Positions 34,700-41,038 of a stretch of DNA of 41,038 nt are shown in pieces. Below the pieces are notes generated by a model. It worked only from the letters and a program-made list of their open reading frames with translations. It was not told the origin of the DNA and did no database searches. Each line of letters opens with the position of its first letter. The stretch's first letter is position 1. The position numbers and the translations under genes are program-made. This DNA comes from Octopus bimaculoides (taxonomy: Eukaryota): assembly GCF_001194135.2 (NCBI RefSeq), contig NC_068982.1:148296008-148337045 (forward strand), read 5' to 3'.

Positions 34700-35360
34700 T
34701 TTCACAGTTCCAGTGATGGCTTGGATCTGTAGTCTTCGAAACAGCTTTTCCTTCCTAGTTTTGACTAGCCTAATTTCTCAAGATTAGAATTGAGGCAATA
34801 TGTTACATATTCCAGGGCCCCAATAATTACTGGTATAAGCCTGAACTTATAATCTGAAGATTTCTCAATATTTCAGAATAAGTATTTTCTTTTTCGCTGA
34901 TCTTTAGCATTATGCTAACATCCACCGAGCAGCTGATTCCGACAATTGTATAGTTTCTGTTCTCTGTTCCAAATCACTATGTTTATATTTTATTGAGGTG
35001 TTCACTGGGACATACCACCAGTACTCCTTTTTATTATGAGTGGTTATGGCTTCTACCATACTGTGGGTTCTTATTTCTCTGGTCTAGGGGTTATCCTTCC
35101 GACAGATCTCATTATACAGCATCTTAGTTACATCATGTCTTATCGGTAGATAATACCGTGATGACATTTTCGGAAAACTGCTTATGATGTGGGTGATATC
35201 TTCGGTGTTAACTCCACAAAGTTTGCATCGGTTACCACATTTTGCTGCTTTTCCTGTGTCTGTATCCTTTTTATGCCTTGGGTATTTGGTTGGTATTTCC
35301 TGTTCCTGGATTGCAAACGCATGCCCTTCGAAATAGGAGTTAGTAATCCGGTTGTTGATC
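34700..35360 (-). mobile_element. Degenerate RLE non-LTR element 3' region (CCHC zinc knuckle plus endonuclease)
   Basis: Reading across frameshifts gives HAFAIQEQEISTKY...NRCKLCGVNTEDITHIISS.PKMSSRYYLPIRHD...EYWWYVPV...YKFRLIPVIIGALEYV. Confidence 0.72.
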
Positions 35361-35506
35361 CATGATAGCTATGTCTATGTTCGTTGTATGTGTGCATGTA
35401 TGTTTCGTTTGCATTTCGTTAGGAATTATCTCTTCTATTATAGTCTATACAATTTAGGACTTTCTTTCTTTACCGTGAAGAATTTTCTGGAAAATTTCTA
35501 TAATTT

Positions 35507-35537
<31 letters not shown>

Positions 35538-35554
35538 TACAGAAATTACTCAAG

Positions 35555-36146
35555 ATGAACGAAGAATTTGGAACAGATGATGCTAAAAAACATGGTTCTC
35601 CCACGAATGAAAAAATTCACCAAAGTTATGATCATGGAACACAAAATTCGAACCATCTCGAAACCCTGCTTTCCGAATCTGATACTTTACCTAACACTGA
35701 CAATATTGTGGCTAACAAGCCTGAATCCAATGATATAAAACCGGATTTCTTTGACTCAGATCCTGATTATTTATGTGGAATCGGAAATTTCCGGCCAAAA
35801 AAATTACAATATTTTACAAACATATATTCTTTTATTGTTTTCTACGCCGGGCCTGCTCTTGTCACGTCTACTCTTACAAGTTATATCACATCTCAAGTTA
35901 CAGCAATTGAGCGACAATTTGGCTTTTCCAGTGCCAATAGCGGTTTTCTTTTGGCTTGCAATGATATTGGATTTCTCAGCACTGTTCTGTTCGTCAGTTA
36001 CTGTTTTCGTAATAAACATATTCCACGCGTCTTAGCTGCTGGCACATTTGTTTATGGGATCTCTGGCCTTCTTTGTGCATCACCCTTCTTTTTGGATTCT
36101 TCAGCAAATACTGATCAACATCTTGAAGATCCACTCACCGACAAAG
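35555..36146 (+). CDS. SLCO: SLCO/OATP gene 2, first recognisable coding exon (N-terminus, TM1-TM3)
   Basis: ATG at 35555. Encodes LCGIGNFRPKKLQYFTNIYSF...TAIERQFGFSSANSGFLLACNDIGFL..LFVSY...KHIPR, matching OATP CG.g..P..LQ and IE.RF...S..SG....DIG. Donor aaag|GTatt at 36147, phase 1. An AG acceptor at 35541-42 implies an upstream exon. Confidence 0.93.
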
Positions 36147-36274
36147 GTATTAAATCAGCATCATCATCGTCGTCGTAATCACCATCATCATCATCACCCC
36201 ACCACCACTAGCAGTAGTTAATCATTTTAACCACTTCGTTTATAATATTCAAGCTTTATTATTAAAAGCGAAAG

Positions 36275-36331
<57 letters not shown>

Positions 36332-36404
36332 ATATAGCAATATGTATGCTGTTCTCGTTAATCCCAGGTTGGCACTGAACTCATTCATCATTCATTTGCG
36401 TCCT

Positions 36405-36912
36405 TTTAAAGCCTAGCCAGGCTCATGGGCCCGGTTTTTATGGCGTATGTGTTACTCCCACCTCAAGTCCATCGCAGCGTTACTCGAGAAACAGGAAGAA
36501 AGAGTGAGAAAGAAAGTTGGGGCGAAAGAGTACAACAGGGGTTGGCACTCCGTCGCTTATGACGTCGAGGGTTCCAGTTGATCCGATCAACGGAACAGCC
36601 TGCTCGTGAAATTTAACGTGCAAGTGGCTGAGCACTCCACAGACACGTATACCCTTAACGTAGTTCTCGGGGATATTCAGCGTGACAAGGCTGACCCTTT
36701 GAATTACATGCACAACAGAAACAGGAAGTAAGAGTAAGAGAAAGTTGTGGTGAAAGAGTACAGCAGAGTTCGCCACCATCCCCTGCCGGAGCCTCGTGGA
36801 GCTTTAGGTGTTTTCGCTCAATAAACGCTCACAACGCCCGGTCTGGGAATAGAAACTGTGATCCTATGACCGCGAGTCCGCTGCCCTAACCACTGGGCCA
36901 TTGCGCCTCCAC
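36405..36912 (-). mobile_element. Composite SINE: family D-like tail fragment (36405-36485), C-like segment, and a full family C copy (36541-36912)
   Basis: 36541-36912 is highly similar to 10255-10635; 36405-36485 matches 15338-15434. Confidence 0.85.
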
Positions 36913-37231
36913 TGGAGTTATGTAAAGAGTATACGTATCTGTGGAATGTTTCGCCACTTACAAACTGGAGCAGGACCAGATAATTCGGTTGATTGAACAA
37001 CTGAATCTTCATTATCGAACGACGGAATCAACCATTATCATCACATTATCATACGATACCTTTTTCGCTATGTACCAACACTGATAAAAGTTAGTTGTCT
37101 AGAGGTTTTCTGCAGTGGTAAAAGCCAAATTAAAAAAAAAAATAAAAAGAACAGTGTTCTATTCGAATGTTAGCTATAACCTCTTTTTACAGTATCAAAA
37201 CAAACACACCATCTATTTTATAAAATTATAG

Positions 37232-37848
37232 GGATCTTTTTTAAAACGGGGGCCACATTTTTCATTAACGAAACACTTTGAAACTTGGAACACTGGTAGA
37301 ATGTGTCATATAAAACATCTTTTTCTCTTAGTCTTCTTTAAAAAAAAAAGAAATCCATAAGTTATTCCATGTTAAAGTTGTCGTATTTCTGTAATTTCAA
37401 CCAATCACTGACGTCCATTCAGCCGATATACATTAAGTGCCGACTACATAAACAAACGATTCTGAAACAATTAACCCTAACCCTAACCCTAACCCTAACC
37501 CTAACCCTAACCCTAGGGTTAGGGTTAGGGTTAGGGTTACGGTTAGGGTTACGGTTAAAGCAAATTTAAAATGAAAAAAGCAAATAAGACGAAGGTATGG
37601 AGATTAAATACGCTTTACACAGCTTAATCAGCCAAAGGAGTAAATGTAAACAACTGAATACTTGTCAGTGATTGGTTGAAATTATCGAAATAAGACAATT
37701 TTTTACATGAAATAAATTCGAATACAAAAATATTTTTCTGTTCTATAACACAAAATAGATAAGTATACGAAGTTTGAAAGTCTTTCGGTACCAAAAACAC
37801 TACGGAAAACATTAATGAAAAATGTGGCCCCCGTTTTAAAATAGATCC
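37232..37848. mobile_element. 617-bp MITE with 37-bp TIRs and an 8-bp TSD (Merlin-like by GG termini)
   Basis: TIR GGATCT(T/A)TTTTAAAACGGGGGCCACATTTTTCATTAA at 37232-37268 and 37812-37848 (1 mismatch). TSD AATTATAG at 37224-37231 and 37849-37856. A perfect 21-bp inner inverted repeat lies at 37392-37412 / 37664-37684. Confidence 0.9.
37471..37558. repeat. Palindromic interstitial telomeric-type repeat (TAACCC)7-TA-(GGGTTA)7
   Basis: Seven TAACCC units, a central CCTAGG and seven GGGTTA units (two are CGGTTA). Confidence 0.97.
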
Positions 37849-37999
37849 AATTATAGTCTACTCTTCTGAAGATTACAAGATTTCTATCTGAGTTATTTCT
37901 GTAAAGTCATTTCTGTTATCATCTACATATTTCAGCTTACTTTATTTTCACGTGGATTTTTACCAGACAAATTTCTTCAAATAATATATCCTCTACATT

Positions 38000-38214
38000 C
38001 TTTTCTACACTAGGCACACGACCTGAAATTTGGCGGGAGGGGGGCCAGTCAATTAGATCGACCCCTGTACGCTACTGGTACTTAATTTATCGACCCCGAA
38101 AGGATGAAAAGCAAAGTCGACTTCGGCGGAATTTGAACTCAGAAAATAAAGACTGACGAAATATCGTTACGCATTTTGCCCGGCGTGCTAACGTTTCTGC
38201 CAGCTCGCTGCCTT
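38000..38214 (-). mobile_element. SINE family A copy, antisense
   Basis: The reverse complement matches the 40143-40355 copy along its length. Confidence 0.88.
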
Positions 38215-38625
38215 GATATATCCTTTATATTACACAGTAGAAAGGGGTGTTGACCTATAAAAACATTTAATATATTTTATGGGATATTATGGTTGAATAA
38301 CGAAATACCACATACCTACAAGTCATTAATATACTCTCTGTTTAAATTCGACCTGGATTGTTTCTTTCTGACACCCTTTTGGGATTGATCAATAAGTTCC
38401 TTTGAAACTGGATGAAGATATAATTATCTATACCCACCTCTAAAATTCCTAACCTCACTTAATATACAAATCAATATTTACTTGAGTTTTATCGATGAAT
38501 TTTAGATGCTTCTGGAGCAAATAAAAATTTTATTATTTTACCTGTCAAGTTTTGAACACAAAAGTATTGACTATACCTTTCCCCTCAGAATTCCAGGCTT
38601 ATGCTTATGCTTTCCTTTCAGAAAA

Positions 38626-39506
38626 AGATGTTAGCTGGTAGAATAGTTAGCGCGTCCGGAAAAAAAAAATGCTTCGTGGCATTTCCTCTGCTTCAAATAC
38701 TGCCGAAGCATTTCCTCGATTCAAATCTCGCCGAGGTCAACTTTGCTTTTCATCCTTTTGGGATCGATCAGATAAAGTACCCGTAAATACTAGGATCAAG
38801 CAATCGACTTCTCCGCCCAGCCCAAATTCCTGGCCGTTCCTGTAGTAGAAAGAATTAAAGCAGCAAGTTGGCAGAATCGTTAGCATGCCGGACAAAATGC
38901 TCAGCGGTATTTCATCCGGCTTAACTTTCTGAGTTCAAATGCATCGAAGTCAACTTTGCCTTTCATCTTTTCGGTATACATAAAATAAGTACCAGTTGTA
39001 CACTGGGGTTGATGCAATTGATTAAACCTCTCCTCCATAATTCCAGGTCTTGTGCCTAGAGTAGGGAAAAAAGAAATTATCATTACGGAGGTGGTGAGCT
39101 GGCAGAATCCTTAGCACGCCGGGCGAAATGCTAAGCAGTATTTCGTCTGCCGTTACTTTCTGAGTTCTAATTCCGCCGAGGTCGACTTTGCCTTTCATCC
39201 TTTCGGGGTAGATAAATTAAGTACCAGTTACGCACTGGGGTCGATGTAATCGACTTAATCCCCTTGCTTGTCCCCTCTATGTTTGGCCCTTGTGGGCAAT
39301 AAAGAAATAAGAATCGTTAGCACACCAAACAAAATTCTTAGCAGCATTTCATACGCTTATGTTCCACGCTCCAATTCCACCTGGATCGACTTTGCTTTTT
39401 CATCCTTTGGGGGATCGCTAAAATAAGTACTAGCAAAGCACAGGGATAGGTTTGATCAACTAAACCCTTCCTACAAAATTACAGGCTTTATACCTATGGT
39501 AGAAAT
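38626..39506 (+). mobile_element. Cluster of four co-oriented SINE family A copies (38626-38852, 38858-39075, 39087-39310, 39310-39506)
   Basis: Repeated gctggcagaatcgttagc...ttctgagttcaaattcc...ctttgcctttcatcctttcgggg..gataaa..aagtacc units placed almost back to back. Confidence 0.88.
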
Positions 39507-39537
39507 AATAATATTTTTTTCTTTTGTTGTTACCCAG

Positions 39538-39747
39538 GTCTTAATTATACCAACGATGCTTTTTACATGTGCATTGAGAAGAAGGATGAAGAACCCTCAA
39601 AAGAAGCTTCCCCAACGAATTTCTGGGCGCTTTCACTGATCGCAATTGGGATGATTATACAAGGAATGGGCAAATCTGTTAGATCACCTTTGATAGCTGT
39701 ATATGTTGATAACAACGTGAAGAGAACAAAAACTGGGAAGTTTATGG
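39538..39747 (+). CDS. SLCO: SLCO/OATP gene 2 exon (extracellular loop 2, TM4)
   Basis: tacccAG / GTaagt, phase 1/1. Encodes GLNYTNDAFYMCIEKKDEEPSKEASPTNFWALSLIAIGMIIQGMGKSVRSPLIAVYVDNNVKRTKTGKFMG (G.G......Y.DDNV motif). Confidence 0.93.
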
Positions 39748-39786
39748 GTAAGTGTCTTTCGCTTTTTCTCCCCAATGTTCGTGTGG

Positions 39787-39858
<72 letters not shown>

Positions 39859-39998
39859 TGTGTGTCTGTGTGCGTGCGCGTACGCACGTGTGTATAGCTT
39901 TCGACGTGTCTATCCAAAGGGTTGGTAAACCGTATTTACAAGGTATTTACTCGCGCTCGAGCATGCGCACACGACTGCGAACAAATAGACAGACAGAC

Positions 39999-40065
<67 letters not shown>

Positions 40066-40142
40066 CGAGCTTCTTTCAGTTTTCCTCCACTAGATCCACT
40101 CAAAAAGCTCTGGTCGGCTCGAGACAATTGTAGAAGACACTT

Positions 40143-40355
40143 GGTGGTGAGCTGGCAGAATCGTTAGCACGCCGGACAAAATGCTTATCGGTATTTCGTT
40201 TGCCGTTACGTTCTGAGTTCAAATTCCGCCGAGGTCGACTTTGCCTTTCATCCTTTCGGGGTCGATAAATTAAGTACCAGTTGTGTATTCGGGTCGATCT
40301 AATCGACTGGACCCCTCCCCCCAAATTTCGGGCTTTGTGCCTGGAGTAGAAAAGA
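40143..40355 (+). mobile_element. SINE family A copy, well preserved
   Basis: ggtggtgagctggcagaatcgttagcacgcc...gagttcaaattccgccgaggtcgactttgcctttcatcctttcggggtcgataaattaagtaccag...cccctcccccaaatttcgggc..tgtgcctggagtagaaaag. Confidence 0.9.
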
Positions 40356-40674
40356 ATATATCTCTTTGCTTTCAGAAACTTTCATTTGAATAGCAATTCA
40401 TATTTGATACGCACATTGGTCAAAGTGGGGGGAATGTCTGTTATCTAATAGTTCAATAAAAGTTTTTTGAAAGATTTTATACTCTGACCAACTTTATAAT
40501 ATTAACACTTTGTTCTTAACACGTATTTCTGTCATTAGTTCATTAATCAATACTGATACGATGAAGTAATTACAGTTATCAAGAGATTCACAAGTTTCTT
40601 CGAAATTCTTCGCATTCGAATTACCATTGTTTTGGATATATTTCGTCATTTTTCTTTTTCTTTTAATATTTCAG

Positions 40675-40761
40675 GTATCATTACAGCCATTGGAATATTT
40701 GGTCCTGCTGTATCTTTTTCGATAGCTACAGTCTTCAGTCGTTTACATTTTTCACTCAGAG
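40675..40761 (+). CDS. SLCO: SLCO/OATP gene 2 exon (TM5); missed by the ORF track
   Basis: tttcAG / GTaagt, phase 1/1. Encodes GIITAIGIFGPAVSFSIATVFSRLHFSLR (GI.......GPA.G/S motif). Confidence 0.92.
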
Positions 40762-40894
40762 GTAAGTGACCATTCATTGGTTCACTCATTCATTCATTCA
40801 TTCAATCAATCTACCTACTTACCTACCTACCTACCTACCTATCTAATCTATTTATCTGCCTATTCTATTTTTCTGTCTATCAATTTACCAATCA

Positions 40895-40949
<55 letters not shown>

Positions 40950-40950
<1 letters not shown>

Positions 40951-41038
40951 CAAGACCATTCGACATTGCACGTTCGGTCCGTCAGGGATGCCCCCTCTCG
41001 TCGGTCCTGTACGTATTGACTCTCGAGCCACTACTGCG
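40950..41038 (+). mobile_element. L1/Tx1-clade RT fragment running off the window end
   Basis: SRPFDIARSVRQGCPLSSVLYVLTLEPLLR, the RQGCPLS...LEPL motif of L1/Tx1 RTs; begins directly after (TCTA)n. Confidence 0.75.

Noticed and set aside
35960-35998. CTGANGA...GAAA matches on the - strand inside SLCO exons (also ~40720) and in the RT ORF (~7865-7885)
   Set aside because: Stem II is incomplete and the sequences are explained by coding constraint; chance matches.
37471-37558. Ancestral telomere-telomere fusion site
   Set aside because: A fusion gives TTAGGG then CCCTAA. Here the order is reversed, and the tract is short and enclosed by TIRs and a TSD.

Overview
AT-rich, microsatellite- and transposon-dense animal genomic DNA with nine N-gaps. 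It is most likely a coleoid cephalopod such as Octopus; this is inferred from SINE-family resemblance and repeat load, with no database search run. Two spliced SLCO/OATP organic-anion transporter genes lie in tandem on the + strand. The six 3' coding exons of gene 1 (2444-12528) join in frame through GT-AG sites to give TM7-TM12 plus the Kazal-like loop. The first three coding exons of gene 2 lie at 35555-40761 and the gene continues beyond the window. Between them are an intron-containing tRNA-Ile(TAT) gene (20670-20781) and many TE relics: R4/Dong-like RLE non-LTR elements tied to (TAA)n, CR1/Jockey-group, RTE and L1/Tx1 LINE fragments, four or five tRNA-derived SINE families, a mariner deletion derivative and several MITEs. 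The most notable non-coding signals are a topologically complete minimal hammerhead-ribozyme motif (9863-9908, - strand), a second perfect hammerhead core (21095-21120), and a 617-bp TIR/8-bp-TSD element carrying a symmetric telomeric-repeat palindrome (37232-37848). Also notable are a head-to-tail stack of TAA-bounded RLE retrotransposons and an apparent paired loss of a conserved OATP disulfide. Exon, tRNA, TIR, TSD and hairpin coordinates were counted by hand; boundaries of degenerate TE fragments are approximate (+/-20-50 bp). Most ORFs in the supplied track are microsatellite, N-gap or TE artefacts.
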